Part shown: piece by piece, positions 28,359 to 39,197 of the stretch
Position numbering within the stretch: position 1 is the first letter of the stretch
How the letters are laid out: every line of letters starts with the position of its first letter
Assembly (NCBI GenBank): GCA_905478465.1
Contig: CAJQIN010000017.1
Span: forward strand, 1 to 55,025
DNA length: 55,025 bases
Reading direction: 5' to 3'
Source: Minisyncoccota bacterium
GTDB taxonomy: Bacteria > Patescibacteriota > Minisyncoccia > Phycocordibacterales > CAJQIN01
The notes under the pieces: generated by a model
Told to the model about the DNA's origin: nothing
What the model saw: only the letters and a program-made list of their open reading frames with translations
Databases searched by the model: none
Translations under genes and position numbers: made by a program

Positions 28359-29372
28359 ATGAGTATATTTTCACAAAAACTTGGTATTGATTTAGGAACA
28401 GCAAATACGTTGGTGTATGTTCCTGGAAAAGGTGTGGTTCTCAATGAGCCTTCGGTTGTAGCTGTATCTGAAGATGATAATCAGATTATGGCTATTGGAA
28501 ATGAAGCTAAAACTATGGTTGGAAGAACTCCCGACAATATTATTGCTTATCGCCCAATGAAAGATGGAGTGATAGCCGACTATCGAGTGACTGAAGCAAT
28601 GCTTAGATACTATATTAGAAAAGCCCTTGGAAAATGGAGTATCTTTCGTCCTGATGTACTTATATCAGTACCCGCAGGTGTAACGTCAACTGAGAGGCGC
28701 GCTGTAGTAGAAGCTGCTGTGCGAGCGGGTGCAAAGAATGCCTACGTGGTAAAAGAACCCATCTTGGCCGCTATTGGTGCTGGTATTCCTATTCAAGAAG
28801 CCCATGGACATATGATTGTTGATATTGGCGGAGGTACAACAGATGTGGCGGTAATTTCTCTAGGTGGTATTGTTGCTTCAACTTCAGTGAAGGTAGCAGG
28901 AAATAAGTTGGATAATGCTATTACAGACTACGTGAAGAAAACATTTAACCTTGCTGTAGGTGATAAGACAGCAGAAGAAATTAAGATTACTATTGGTTCA
29001 GCAATTCCTGTGGAAGAAGAATTGGTGATGACAATTAAAGGGCGCGATTTAGTCACTGGACTTCCGCGCTCTGTTGAGATTAAAACAAATGAAATTGTAA
29101 AAGCTATTACACGAGAACTACGTTCGATAATCGAAGCCATAAAAAATGTATTACAAGAGACGCCTCCAGAACTTTCATCTGACATTATTGACCTAGGTAT
29201 CACAATGACAGGAGGATCTTCTCAACTTCGTAATCTTCCTGAGCTTGTTTTTCGTCGAACTGGAGTGAGGGCACATCTTGCAGATGAAGCACTTTTTTGT
29301 GTTGTGACTGGTACGGGTGTAGCCCTTGAGCACTTGCATATATATAAGAAATCAATTATTGCAAAACGGTAA
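28359..29372 (+). CDS. mreB: rod shape-determining protein (MreB/Mbl paralog 1)
   Basis: GIDLGTANT, NEPSVVA, DIGGGTTD, TGG. Confidence 0.93.
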   Translation: MSIFSQKLGIDLGTANTLVYVPGKGVVLNEPSVVAVSEDDNQIMAIGNEAKTMVGRTPDNIIAYRPMKDGVIADYRVTEAMLRYYIRKALGKWSIFRPDVLISVPAGVTSTERRAVVEAAVRAGAKNAYVVKEPILAAIGAGIPIQEAHGHMIVDIGGGTTDVAVISLGGIVASTSVKVAGNKLDNAITDYVKKTFNLAVGDKTAEEIKITIGSAIPVEEELVMTIKGRDLVTGLPRSVEIKTNEIVKAITRELRSIIEAIKNVLQETPPELSSDIIDLGITMTGGSSQLRNLPELVFRRTGVRAHLADEALFCVVTGTGVALEHLHIYKKSIIAKR

Positions 29373-29407
29373 TATTTTTAAGGATATAATTCTTGAATTA
29401 AAAAAGT

Positions 29408-30058
29408 ATGACAAAAATATTTGAAGGACTATCTTTAGAAAATATTCACCATACATATATTTGCACGGGTGATCGTGGTTTATTGCTGGGTCAGATTAAA
29501 AAATTTGCAGAAGATGAGTTGGGGATTTTGACTAGATCTAATCCTGATTTTTGGATAGGTGAATTTGAATCATTTGGAGTTGAGGATAGTCGATATATCA
29601 AAGGTTTGCAAAAACATACAAGCGTAGCTTCTTTGCAGGTTTTTGTTATTGCAACATATTCTATGACACGTGAAGCACAAAATGCTTTTTTGAAGGTTAC
29701 GGAAGAGCCTTCAAAAAATACATGTTTCTTTTTTATAGTGCCTTCTTCTGAAATTATGCTTCCTACAATGCTGTCTCGTGCTGTACATGTTGTTGAACAA
29801 AAAGGTAGACATGTCGATGTGTCAGATGCTGAATTATTTATCGGGTCTACTTTTTCTAAACGCATGAAGATAGTAGATTCTTTTGTGAAAAATAATAAAA
29901 AAGGTGAAATATTGAGTTTTATTAATCACTTAGAATATCTACTTGCTGTAGATAAAAATCCCGTATCTTTGCATGCTGTATATGAGACACGAAAAAAAAT
30001 TTATGGACGTTCTCCTTCTGTAAAAACTATTTTGGAACATTTGGCTATTGCTGTATAG
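29408..30058 (+). CDS. holB: DNA polymerase III delta-prime-like subunit, reduced
   Basis: HHTY, NPDF, EAQNAFLKVTEEP, LPTMLSR. Confidence 0.75.
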   Translation: MTKIFEGLSLENIHHTYICTGDRGLLLGQIKKFAEDELGILTRSNPDFWIGEFESFGVEDSRYIKGLQKHTSVASLQVFVIATYSMTREAQNAFLKVTEEPSKNTCFFFIVPSSEIMLPTMLSRAVHVVEQKGRHVDVSDAELFIGSTFSKRMKIVDSFVKNNKKGEILSFINHLEYLLAVDKNPVSLHAVYETRKKIYGRSPSVKTILEHLAIAV

Positions 30059-30115
30059 TTTTTTTGAATATGGTAAAGTGGATATATTAATTAAAAAAAT
30101 AGCAAATAAATTAGA

Positions 30116-30661
30116 ATGGATTTTACAACATTTAAACAAAATATCACTAAGATTGAAGAATGGTTATCAAAAGAGTATCAATCTTTACGTACAGGAAAAG
30201 CAACTCCTCTTATTCTTGATAATATTATTGTTGAAAGTTACGGGGCAAAAATGAAAATAAATCAGGTTGCTGGTGTTACTATTGAAGATTCCAGAACGTT
30301 ACGAATAATTCCTTGGGATAAAAATCAAACTATTGATATAGAAAAAGCTATTACTACATCTAATTTAGGATTATCAGTAAATGTTGATGATGCTGGTTTG
30401 AGAATTATTTTTCCGGAGCTTACAGCTGAACGTCGAGAGGGATTTATTAAAATATCGAGGGCAAAACTCGAGGATGCGCGTATTTCTCTTCGGAAAGAAC
30501 GAGATGAAATAAAAAGTCAGATAGAAAAGAGTAAGAAAGATGGAGAAATAAATGAAGACGAAGAGCGGCGTTTTAAAGATGAGATGCAAAAAATAATTGA
30601 ATCTGCGAATTCCTCACTCGAGGGTATTGCTGACAAAAAAGAACAGGATATAAAAATGTAA
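30116..30661 (+). CDS. frr: ribosome recycling factor
   Basis: LRTGKATP..LD, YG, PWD, PELTAERR. Confidence 0.95.
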   Translation: MDFTTFKQNITKIEEWLSKEYQSLRTGKATPLILDNIIVESYGAKMKINQVAGVTIEDSRTLRIIPWDKNQTIDIEKAITTSNLGLSVNVDDAGLRIIFPELTAERREGFIKISRAKLEDARISLRKERDEIKSQIEKSKKDGEINEDEERRFKDEMQKIIESANSSLEGIADKKEQDIKM

Positions 30662-30677
30662 TAGACAGTTAATACGC

Positions 30678-31784
30678 ATGACCATTTTACTTTTTTTGAT
30701 AATACTAGGGGCGCTTGTGTTTGTGCATGAGCTTGGTCATTTTGTTATGGCGAAGCTTGCTGGTATTCGTGTTGATGAATTTGGTATCGGATTTCCGCCA
30801 AAAATTTTTAGTGTACGATACGGAGAAACTGAGTACTCAGTTAACGTCATCCCGTTTGGTGGATTTGTAAAAATATTTGGTGAATCTTTGGATGATATTA
30901 ATGATTCTGAAGAGGAAGACAAGACAAGAAGTTTTGTTTCAAAATCAAAATGGTGGCAGGCTTTGATATTGGTGGCAGGCGTGACTTGTAATATTATCTT
31001 TGCTTGGGTACTTATTTCTGTAGGTTTTATGATCGGTCAACCAACTCCTGTTGATTATGGTGGTTCTGTCGCGGTGCAAGATCCTGGACTTGTTGTATTA
31101 CAAATAGAAAAAGAATCACCTGCGGAGATGGCAGGGTTACGTGTTGGAGATGTTGTAGAAACTATTTCGGCACCTGATGCTAGTATTTTGCCAAAAGGTA
31201 TTCTGGATATAGATTCTTTTCAGAATTTTGTGAAAATGCACCAGGATGACACATTGTCACTTGTGTATAAAAGAGGAGATGAGATTTTTGGAACTACTAT
31301 TTTACCGGAAGATGGTTTTATTGAGGACAGGAAGGGATTAGGTGTGGCCATTGAAATGATTGGCACACTATCTCTTCCTCCACATCAGGCTTTTTGGGAG
31401 GGTGCAAAAACAACACTATCTCTGACTAGAACTGTGGCGATTGAGCTAGGTAAATTTTTTGGACGACTTTTTACTGGTAATGCAGGATTTGGCGAAGTGA
31501 CCGGGCCTATTGGTATAGTTGGACTTGTTGGAGATGCTGCCACTCTTGGTTTTGTACATATCCTTTCATTTACTGCCATTATATCTATTCATCTTGCCAT
31601 CATTAATCTTGTACCATTCCCGGCTCTCGATGGAGGAAGACTTCTTTTTGTTATCATTGAGGCAATTATTCGTCGACCTGTTCCTGTAATGTTTTTTCGT
31701 ATTGCTAATACTGTTGGTTTTGTGTTACTGCTCGGTCTCATGATTGTTGTCACATATAATGATATTTTAAAATTATTTCTGTAA
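30678..31784 (+). CDS. rseP: RIP/site-2 metalloprotease with PDZ domain
   Basis: HELGH, GGFV, NLVPFPALDGG. Confidence 0.93.
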   Translation: MTILLFLIILGALVFVHELGHFVMAKLAGIRVDEFGIGFPPKIFSVRYGETEYSVNVIPFGGFVKIFGESLDDINDSEEEDKTRSFVSKSKWWQALILVAGVTCNIIFAWVLISVGFMIGQPTPVDYGGSVAVQDPGLVVLQIEKESPAEMAGLRVGDVVETISAPDASILPKGILDIDSFQNFVKMHQDDTLSLVYKRGDEIFGTTILPEDGFIEDRKGLGVAIEMIGTLSLPPHQAFWEGAKTTLSLTRTVAIELGKFFGRLFTGNAGFGEVTGPIGIVGLVGDAATLGFVHILSFTAIISIHLAIINLVPFPALDGGRLLFVIIEAIIRRPVPVMFFRIANTVGFVLLLGLMIVVTYNDILKLFL

Positions 31785-31889
31785 TGTTTTTTGGGATTAT
31801 CTGTGTATATAATATTTTTTTATATGAAAGTGTTACAATATAATATATAAATTAAATATGTTATTACGTATAACTAAATAAAATATACA

Positions 31890-32459
31890 GTGAATAAAGG
31901 ATTCTCACTTATCGAAATGCTTGTTGTGCTCGCTATTGTTACTATTATATCAGCGGTTATTCTTGTTGATCGTGGAGGATTAAATGACAATCTTCTTTTG
32001 AAACAATCTATTGATACGGTGACTCTTGCTATTCATAGGGCACAGGTAGAGGGTTTGGCTGTGTTGGAAGATCCAGATAATATTGATAATTTTGAAATTG
32101 GATATGGAGTATATATAGAAAGTGGTTCTGACAAAATTGTGTATTTTGTAGATCGTAATAGCAATGGTATATATGATGGTGATATTGATGACATTGAGGT
32201 GGGTGATGAGGCTACGGAAAATGACATTTTTACTTTACGAAATGCAAATATAGAGGATGTTATTGCTGATGGTACTACATTTGATACTGGTGATGCTATA
32301 AATATTACATATAAACGACCTAGGCCAGATGTTTCTTTTTTTGATAATGATGGAAAAGAGTATTCTTCTGTCATCATAAAGATGCAGACAACAAATACTG
32401 ATTTGGGGGTAGACATTATAATAGGTGCAGGATCAGAAATTTCAGTTGAAAGAAATTAA
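31890..32459 (+). CDS. type IV minor pilin (FimT/GspH-like)
   Basis: Prepilin motif KG|FSLIEMLVVLAIV. Confidence 0.85.
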   Translation: MNKGFSLIEMLVVLAIVTIISAVILVDRGGLNDNLLLKQSIDTVTLAIHRAQVEGLAVLEDPDNIDNFEIGYGVYIESGSDKIVYFVDRNSNGIYDGDIDDIEVGDEATENDIFTLRNANIEDVIADGTTFDTGDAINITYKRPRPDVSFFDNDGKEYSSVIIKMQTTNTDLGVDIIIGAGSEISVERN

Positions 32460-32460
32460 T

Positions 32461-33012
32461 ATGATAGATACGTATACACAAACAAAACAAAGTATGAATA
32501 AAGGGTTTACTCTTCTTGAAGTAATTGTTTCTTTGGGAGTTTTTTCTATCATTGCTCTTATGGCGGTTGGAGCGATGATTACTATTTTAAATTTAAATAA
32601 CCAGGTTCGCGACAGTCAGTCTCTTGTTAATTCATTAAATTTTGCTGTTGAATCTATGTCTAGAGATGTACGTTTTGGTAGTAACTATAATTGTGGTAAT
32701 GGAGAATCTAATTGTGATGACGGTGCAAACTTTATACAAATAGATTTTTCTGAAAATGGGTCGCTTAGTTCTATTGCGTATCATATTGAAGATGGGCGTT
32801 TAATACGTACAACAAAAGGTTTCTCTAATTTTGTAACACCAGAAGGTGTGTATATTGATTCATTCAAGGTCTATGCGGTCGGCATAGAAGATGATGGTGT
32901 TCATCCTAGGGCAACTTTTGTACTTTCAGGAACAATTATTTCTGGTTCAGAAGATATATCTTTCTCAATACAAACAACTGTCTCCCAGAGGCTTCCTAAG
33001 GATAACGTATAA
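32461..33012 (+). CDS. type IV minor pilin (PilW/GspJ-like)
   Basis: KG|FTLLEVIV; start at 32461 or 32494. Confidence 0.85.
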   Translation: MIDTYTQTKQSMNKGFTLLEVIVSLGVFSIIALMAVGAMITILNLNNQVRDSQSLVNSLNFAVESMSRDVRFGSNYNCGNGESNCDDGANFIQIDFSENGSLSSIAYHIEDGRLIRTTKGFSNFVTPEGVYIDSFKVYAVGIEDDGVHPRATFVLSGTIISGSEDISFSIQTTVSQRLPKDNV

Positions 33013-33019
33013 ATAATAT

Positions 33020-33541
33020 ATGAAATATTTTTCTTTTATAAAACATGAGACAAAAAAAGATATATCATCAAGAGGTTTTACCCTTATAGAGATGCTCGTT
33101 GCGGTATTGATAATCTCATTAGTACTTGGTGTTGGCTTTAATGTGATCGGAAGAGGAATGATTACATTGTTTTCTTCCAGAGATCAGATTACTGCTTTTT
33201 ATCTTGCTCAAGAAGCTGTGGAGTCGGTAAAAAATGTTCGTGATACTAATTTTTTGGGTAAGAATGATTGGCTCGAGGGGTTAGATGTCTGTTTTAATAA
33301 TGATTGTGCTGTTGATATTTTGGATTCTGATGGAATTATTAATACGGTTCATAACAATTCTTATCTTAAAAAAAATAGCAGTGGTGCTTATGGTTATGCT
33401 GATGGGGAAGATTCTAGATTTATTCGTTCTTTTAATCTTGAGGATCTTGGTGGTCAAGAGGTCCGTATAAATGTTGTTGTTGTGTACGGAAGGGGCGGTA
33501 AGAGTTTTACTACAAGTGAGCATATATTTAATTGGAGATAA
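33020..33541 (+). CDS. type IV minor pilin (PilV-like)
   Basis: RG|FTLIEMLVA; AFYLAQEAVE.V.N.RD. Confidence 0.85.
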   Translation: MKYFSFIKHETKKDISSRGFTLIEMLVAVLIISLVLGVGFNVIGRGMITLFSSRDQITAFYLAQEAVESVKNVRDTNFLGKNDWLEGLDVCFNNDCAVDILDSDGIINTVHNNSYLKKNSSGAYGYADGEDSRFIRSFNLEDLGGQEVRINVVVVYGRGGKSFTTSEHIFNWR

Positions 33542-33543
33542 CT

Positions 33544-34020
33544 ATGATGTATAATAAAACAAAAGGATTTGCACTTTTCTACGCTGTTGTAATTGTTGGT
33601 GTCATAAGTATTGTTACGTTTTCTGTTTCAAAAATTACACTTAGTGAAGTGCAACTTTCTATTCTAGGTAAGAGGTCGCAGCAAGCATTTTTTGCTGCAG
33701 ATACTGGACTTGAATGTGCTTTGTATCTAGATACAAAAAAAGCACTATTTATTCCTCAGGATATTCTTGATGAAATTGATTATGATATTCTGGATAGTGA
33801 ATGTGCAGGTAACTCTGTCGCTAGAACCAGGGTTGAAATTGAGGGTGAAGAAGTATTTACTTTTTATATAGATAATCTAGAAAATAATACATGTGCAAAA
33901 GTTACTGTAACAAAAAAAGAAGTGTTATCGTCTAAAATTAGAACAACGATTGAGTCCAAAGGAAGAGATAGGTGTGACGGTGGTAGACAGGTAGAGCGTA
34001 CCATTTCAACAGAATACTAG
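33544..34020 (+). CDS. PilX-like minor pilin
   Basis: KG|FALFYAV (no Glu+5), AFFAADTGLECALY, IESKG. Confidence 0.8.
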   Translation: MMYNKTKGFALFYAVVIVGVISIVTFSVSKITLSEVQLSILGKRSQQAFFAADTGLECALYLDTKKALFIPQDILDEIDYDILDSECAGNSVARTRVEIEGEEVFTFYIDNLENNTCAKVTVTKKEVLSSKIRTTIESKGRDRCDGGRQVERTISTEY

Positions 34021-34096
34021 AGTATTTCTATAAGGTGGACTTTTTTATAGTGATTTTTGTGGACTGACTAGGTCTTTTCGTATACTATATAGTGTA

Positions 34097-35365
34097 ATGT
34101 TGCAATCACAATTGTTTACAAAAACACGAAAAGAGGCCCCAAAAGATGAGGTTTCAAAGAATGCACAACTTCTTGTTCGGGCTGGTTTTGTGTATAAAGA
34201 AATGTCAGGCGTGTATTCATACCTTCCTCTTGGACTTCGTGTCCTTACTAACATACAAAAGATTATTCGAGAAGAATTAGATACTGTTGGTGCTCAAGAA
34301 ATGATAATGACGTCCTTGCAAAAAAAAGATATTTGGGAAAAGACTGGACGATGGAATGACGAAATTGTTGATGATTGGTTCAAAACAAAACTTAAAAATG
34401 ACACAGAAGTAGGTCTCGCTTTTACACATGAAGAACCGTTGACAGCTATCCTGCAAGAATACATTTCTTCATATAAAGATATGCCAGTGTATGCATATCA
34501 GTTTCAAACAAAATTTCGAAATGAACTTCGTGCTAAGTCTGGTATTATGAGAGGAAAAGAATTTTTAATGAAAGATCTGTATGATTTTTCTTTGAATAAG
34601 ACAGAACATGAAATTTTTTATGAGAAGATGAAAGAGGTATATATGAGAATCTTCAATAGGGTAGGTATTGGTGCGCAGACATATTTAACCATGTCTTCAG
34701 GGGGTTCTTTTTCTAAGTATTCTTTTGAATTTCAGACTCTCTCTTCTGCAGGTGAGGATATTATTATTTATGATGAAAAGAAGGGGGTTGCTATAAACAA
34801 AGACGATTTCTCTGATGAACTTTTGAATGATTTTGATTTGAAAAAAGAGGACATGAATTTTAAAGAATCTTCTTCTATTGAAGTAGGTGATATTTATTCT
34901 CTTGGCGAAAAATATTCTAAAGCCCTTGGATTGAAATACAAAGATGTTGATGGAAAAGAACAGTATGTTTATATGGGCTCATATGGAATTGGTGTTACGA
35001 GGCTCATGGGAGCTATTGTCGAGGTGTATGGTGATGATGCTGGTCTTGTGTGGCCACATGAGGTTGCACCCTTTCATGTACATTTGATAACGATAGGAGA
35101 TGATAAGGAGGTGGTATCAAAAGCCAAAAAAATAAAACATACTTTTGAGCAAGGTGGTCTGCAAGTGTTGTGGGATGATAGAAAATGTGGTCCTGGTCAA
35201 AAATTTGCTGACTCTGATTTGATTGGCATTCCTCTCCGTATTGTTGTGAGTATGAAAACTATAGAAAGTGGTGAATTTGAAATAAAAAAACGTATAAATG
35301 GTGAAGTTACTTTTCTCAAAGAAGAAAGTATTACGGCTGATATTCTTAAAAATATGTGCATATGA
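34097..35365 (+). CDS. proS: proline--tRNA ligase, short form without editing domain
   Basis: LLVRAGF, THEE, QTKFRNELR...MRGKEFLMKD, GSYGIG. Confidence 0.95.
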   Translation: MLQSQLFTKTRKEAPKDEVSKNAQLLVRAGFVYKEMSGVYSYLPLGLRVLTNIQKIIREELDTVGAQEMIMTSLQKKDIWEKTGRWNDEIVDDWFKTKLKNDTEVGLAFTHEEPLTAILQEYISSYKDMPVYAYQFQTKFRNELRAKSGIMRGKEFLMKDLYDFSLNKTEHEIFYEKMKEVYMRIFNRVGIGAQTYLTMSSGGSFSKYSFEFQTLSSAGEDIIIYDEKKGVAINKDDFSDELLNDFDLKKEDMNFKESSSIEVGDIYSLGEKYSKALGLKYKDVDGKEQYVYMGSYGIGVTRLMGAIVEVYGDDAGLVWPHEVAPFHVHLITIGDDKEVVSKAKKIKHTFEQGGLQVLWDDRKCGPGQKFADSDLIGIPLRIVVSMKTIESGEFEIKKRINGEVTFLKEESITADILKNMCI

Positions 35366-36450
35366 CCCTTGCGAAAAAATGGAAGTTTTTGAAAAAAAAG
35401 ATTATGAATTGGCAACTTTCATTGTCGAATGATATTGGTATTGACCTTGGAACGGCAAATACTTTAGTGTATATGAAAGGAAAAGGGATTGTTGTTAATG
35501 AACCCTCTGTCGTGGCAGTAAATCAAAAAACAGGAAATGTTGTGGCGGTTGGTTCTGAAGCAAAGCGCATGCTGGGACGTACTCCTCAGCATATTGTTGC
35601 TGTTAGGCCTCTAGTTGATGGTGTTATTTCTGATTTTGAAATCACGGAAGAAATGATGATACATCTTTTGAATAAAGCGCAAGAAGGTTCACGAAAAATA
35701 CTTGGTCCAAGAGTTGTTGTTGGAGTTCCTTCAGGTATTACAAATGTTGAAATACGAGCTGTTCGTGATGCTACCAAAAGTGCTGGAGCACGTGAAGTGC
35801 ATATTGTAGAGGAACCAATGGCTGCTGCAATTGGTATTAAATTACCTGTGAGTAGTCCTATCGGATCAATGATTATGGATATAGGAGGGGGAACTTCAGA
35901 TATTGCGGTTATCTCTCTTAATGGAATAGTTCAATCTAGAAATCTACGTATCGCTGGAGATCGCTTTAATCAAAATATTATTTCATACGTTAGAGATAAT
36001 TTTAAAATTTTAATTGGCGATAAAACAGCCGAAGATATAAAGATTACCATAGGTAACATTTTAGAGTCTGAAAAACCAGAAGAAATGAAGGTCCGTGGTC
36101 GTGATCTTGTGACTGGTTTACCTAGGGAGGTGGTCTTGACTGAAACTGATATACGGGAAGCTATTTCACATTCGATTGATAGTCTTATTGAAACAGCAAA
36201 AGCTGTTCTTGAAACTACTCCCCCTGAGATTTTGTCAGACGTTATGGTTCATGGAATTTATCTTGTTGGTGGTGGAGCACTTATCAAGGGTTTACCTGAA
36301 TTACTTAGAGAGTATCTCATGTTGCCCGTACAGGTGGCTAATGAGCCTCTGACTGCTGTTGCTAGAGGGGCAGGTATCATTCTAGAGAATATTGAAGTCT
36401 ATAGAGATGTCCTTATCGTAAATGAAGATGAGCTTGCACCAAAAAAGTAA
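35362..36450 (+). CDS. mreB: rod shape-determining protein MreB (paralog 2, in the mre operon)
   Basis: GIDLGTANT, EEPMAAAIG, DIGGGTSD, GGGAL; ATGA overlap with the proS stop. Confidence 0.94.
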   Translation: MTLAKKWKFLKKKIMNWQLSLSNDIGIDLGTANTLVYMKGKGIVVNEPSVVAVNQKTGNVVAVGSEAKRMLGRTPQHIVAVRPLVDGVISDFEITEEMMIHLLNKAQEGSRKILGPRVVVGVPSGITNVEIRAVRDATKSAGAREVHIVEEPMAAAIGIKLPVSSPIGSMIMDIGGGTSDIAVISLNGIVQSRNLRIAGDRFNQNIISYVRDNFKILIGDKTAEDIKITIGNILESEKPEEMKVRGRDLVTGLPREVVLTETDIREAISHSIDSLIETAKAVLETTPPEILSDVMVHGIYLVGGGALIKGLPELLREYLMLPVQVANEPLTAVARGAGIILENIEVYRDVLIVNEDELAPKK

Positions 36451-37144
36451 ATTTCGAATTGTTGTTGTTTTTGGCATCTTTATAGGATTGTTATTTTTGT
36501 TATCGAACATGTTACAGTCTGTCGTATTTTTTGTTGCAAGTCCTGCGTGGAAAATTGGGGAAATTTTTTCTGGTTACTCTGTAATTTTGCATTCAAAAGA
36601 TTCTTTGTTACAAGAAAATAAAAGACTAAAAGAGCAGATAACTTTTCTCCAAGCAGAAAGTTCTATACATAATAATGCTGATAATGATTCCTCGAAAGCT
36701 TCTGTTGTTGTACGTCCTCCTCAGAGTTTGTATGGAACTTTGATAGTGCGAATCAAAGATATTCCTGTTGAGAAAGGGGATTATGTCTTAGTGGGTAGTA
36801 ATATTATGATTGGTATGGTCGACGATGTGTCTTTTGGATTTGCAAAAGTGATATTATTTTCACTTCCTGGGTACACACAAAATTTTGTTGTACAGCGTTC
36901 AGGAATACCTCTTGTCGTCGAAGGGCGGGGTTCAGGAAATATGCGAGCACGACTACCGTATGGTGCAGACATAGAAGTACATGATGTTGTTGTAGATCCA
37001 TTATCATCACGAATTATTGCAGAAGTTATTGATGTGTCTGAGGAAGACACGGATACCTTTATGAATGTGTTACTTAAAACACCTGTGAATATACTTGAAC
37101 TTCAGGATGTATATATTAGGGCACAAGAATCTCTTAAAATATAA
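36422..37144 (+). CDS. mreC: rod shape-determining protein MreC
   Basis: TM plus coiled coil (LLQENKRLK) plus beta region; follows mreB. Confidence 0.8.
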   Translation: MKMSLHQKSKFRIVVVFGIFIGLLFLLSNMLQSVVFFVASPAWKIGEIFSGYSVILHSKDSLLQENKRLKEQITFLQAESSIHNNADNDSSKASVVVRPPQSLYGTLIVRIKDIPVEKGDYVLVGSNIMIGMVDDVSFGFAKVILFSLPGYTQNFVVQRSGIPLVVEGRGSGNMRARLPYGADIEVHDVVVDPLSSRIIAEVIDVSEEDTDTFMNVLLKTPVNILELQDVYIRAQESLKI

Positions 37145-37146
37145 TT

Positions 37147-37404
37147 ATGTTTTTTTTACGAATATTTTCATACATTGTACTGAGTGTTGTTATTCTATTT
37201 TTTCCATGGTGGTTTGCGGGTACGGTTCTCTTCTTATTTTTTTGTTTTTTCAAGAAATATTATGAAGGAATATTTTTTGCATTTATGTACGATTTATTAT
37301 TTTCTGTCCCAGTGACACACTTCTGGGGAAGTGTGCATGTTGTTTTTTTTACAGCGTTGATAGTGTTTGTTTTTATTGAAAATGTTCGAAAACGTCTTCT
37401 ATAA
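37147..37404 (+). CDS. small polytopic membrane protein, MreD-like by position
   Basis: Hydrophobic 85 aa between mreC and the PBP2 gene. Confidence 0.6.
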   Translation: MFFLRIFSYIVLSVVILFFPWWFAGTVLFLFFCFFKKYYEGIFFAFMYDLLFSVPVTHFWGSVHVVFFTALIVFVFIENVRKRLL

Positions 37405-37428
37405 AGTTCCGATGTTATACTGAATAAA

Positions 37429-39126
37429 ATGGTAATAAGAAAATTTTTTAGAAAAAAAAGACGTCGACAACATGAGATAAGTCCTGATGAAATTTTTGCA
37501 GAGGCTACTAATGTCTCACATTTCAATACTGATCAATTTGAAGGGCGTATAGAAAAACCGATAGCTCGCAATACTTTTATTCTAGTTGGTATTTTTGTTT
37601 TGTGTGTTTTTACTTTTTTTCTTATGCGTATGTATTTCTTACAAGTGTATAAAGGAGAGAGATATGCACAGATTAGCGAAAACAATCGCTTAGACAGTAC
37701 GCCTATTTTTTCTGAGAGGGGAATTATTTTTGATAGGTTTGATCAAAAACTTGCTTGGAATATTCCAAATGTTGATACTTCTGATTATTCACTGAGAGAA
37801 TACACTGATATGTCAGGCTTAGCCCATGTTCTTGGGTATGTAACACTTCCAGCTACTGATTCATTAGGAAGATATTATCAAACTAATTTTGTTGGAAAAG
37901 CGGCAGCAGAAAAAGTTTTTAATGATGTCCTAACTGGTGAGAATGGTACAAAAATTGTTGAAACAAATGCTCTCGGGGATGTTCTTTCGGAAGGAATAAT
38001 AAATGACCCGCGACCAGGTGAAAATATTAATTTGTCTGTAGACAGTCGTATACAAAATAAAATGTATGACGTAATGGAAGAACTAGCAAATGATGTTGGT
38101 TTTGAAGGGGGTGCAGGAGTTATTATTGATATTCATACTGGAGAGATACTTTCATTGGTGAGCTATCCTGAATATAATGTGCAGGCTTTTTCTAGAGGCG
38201 AAGACTCTTCTTATATATCAGAGGTGTTAAATGATCCTAAAAAACCTTTATTAGACAGAGTTGTGTCGGGTTTATATGCACCGGGTTCGGTGGTAAAACC
38301 TTTTGTAGCTGTTGCCGCTTTGAGTGAGGGTATTATCTCTGCCGAGAAAGAAATCATAAGTACAGGGTCTCTGGTTATTCCTAATCCGTATACCCCTTCA
38401 CAACCGACAGTTTTTAAAGACTGGAAGGCTCATGGTGCCGTTGACATGCGTAAGGCTATTGCTGTTTCTTCAGATGTTTATTTCTATGAAATAGGAGGAG
38501 GGTATGAAGATCAGGAGGGTCTAGGTATTGAAAGGATAGAAAAATATATGCGTTTGTTTGGTTTTGGTGAAGGTACAGGTATTGTACTACCGGGAGAACT
38601 TTCCGGTACTATTCCAAATCCAGAATGGAAAGAAAAAGTATTTAATGATGAGTGGCGACTTGGTAACACATATCACACATCTATTGGGCAGTACGGGTTT
38701 CAGGTGACACCTCTTCAGGAAGTAGTTGGAACTGCGGCACTTGCTAACGGGGGTATGCTACTTGAGCCATCTATTATTCGTTCTAAGGGTGGTTATACTT
38801 CTGTGAAAAGAATTATTGATATAAAAGATGAATATTTGCAAGTGGCCAGAGAGGGTATGCGTTTAGCGGTAACTGACGGTACAGCATCAGGGCTTGATGT
38901 ATCGTATGTAAATATTGCTGCAAAAACAGGAACTGCAGAACTAGGAGCTAGAAAAGATTTTGTTAATTCTTGGGTAGTAGGTTTTTTCCCTTATGAAGAA
39001 CCAAAATATGCATTTGCGGTAGTGATGGAAAATGGTCCTGTGGACAATCATTTAGGGGGAGTATATGTTATGAGAACTCTTCTTGACTGGATGCATATTA
39101 ATGTGTCTGAATATTTTTCTCTGTAA
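37429..39126 (+). CDS. mrdA: penicillin-binding protein 2
   Basis: RGIIFDR, PGSVVKP (SxxK), SSDVYFY, AKTGT. Confidence 0.92.
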   Translation: MVIRKFFRKKRRRQHEISPDEIFAEATNVSHFNTDQFEGRIEKPIARNTFILVGIFVLCVFTFFLMRMYFLQVYKGERYAQISENNRLDSTPIFSERGIIFDRFDQKLAWNIPNVDTSDYSLREYTDMSGLAHVLGYVTLPATDSLGRYYQTNFVGKAAAEKVFNDVLTGENGTKIVETNALGDVLSEGIINDPRPGENINLSVDSRIQNKMYDVMEELANDVGFEGGAGVIIDIHTGEILSLVSYPEYNVQAFSRGEDSSYISEVLNDPKKPLLDRVVSGLYAPGSVVKPFVAVAALSEGIISAEKEIISTGSLVIPNPYTPSQPTVFKDWKAHGAVDMRKAIAVSSDVYFYEIGGGYEDQEGLGIERIEKYMRLFGFGEGTGIVLPGELSGTIPNPEWKEKVFNDEWRLGNTYHTSIGQYGFQVTPLQEVVGTAALANGGMLLEPSIIRSKGGYTSVKRIIDIKDEYLQVAREGMRLAVTDGTASGLDVSYVNIAAKTGTAELGARKDFVNSWVVGFFPYEEPKYAFAVVMENGPVDNHLGGVYVMRTLLDWMHINVSEYFSL

Positions 39127-39197
39127 CATAGGTTGACTAAGTAGGGTTACATACAGTACAATAGCCAAAATTATTTTGTAGACTCATAATAAATACT

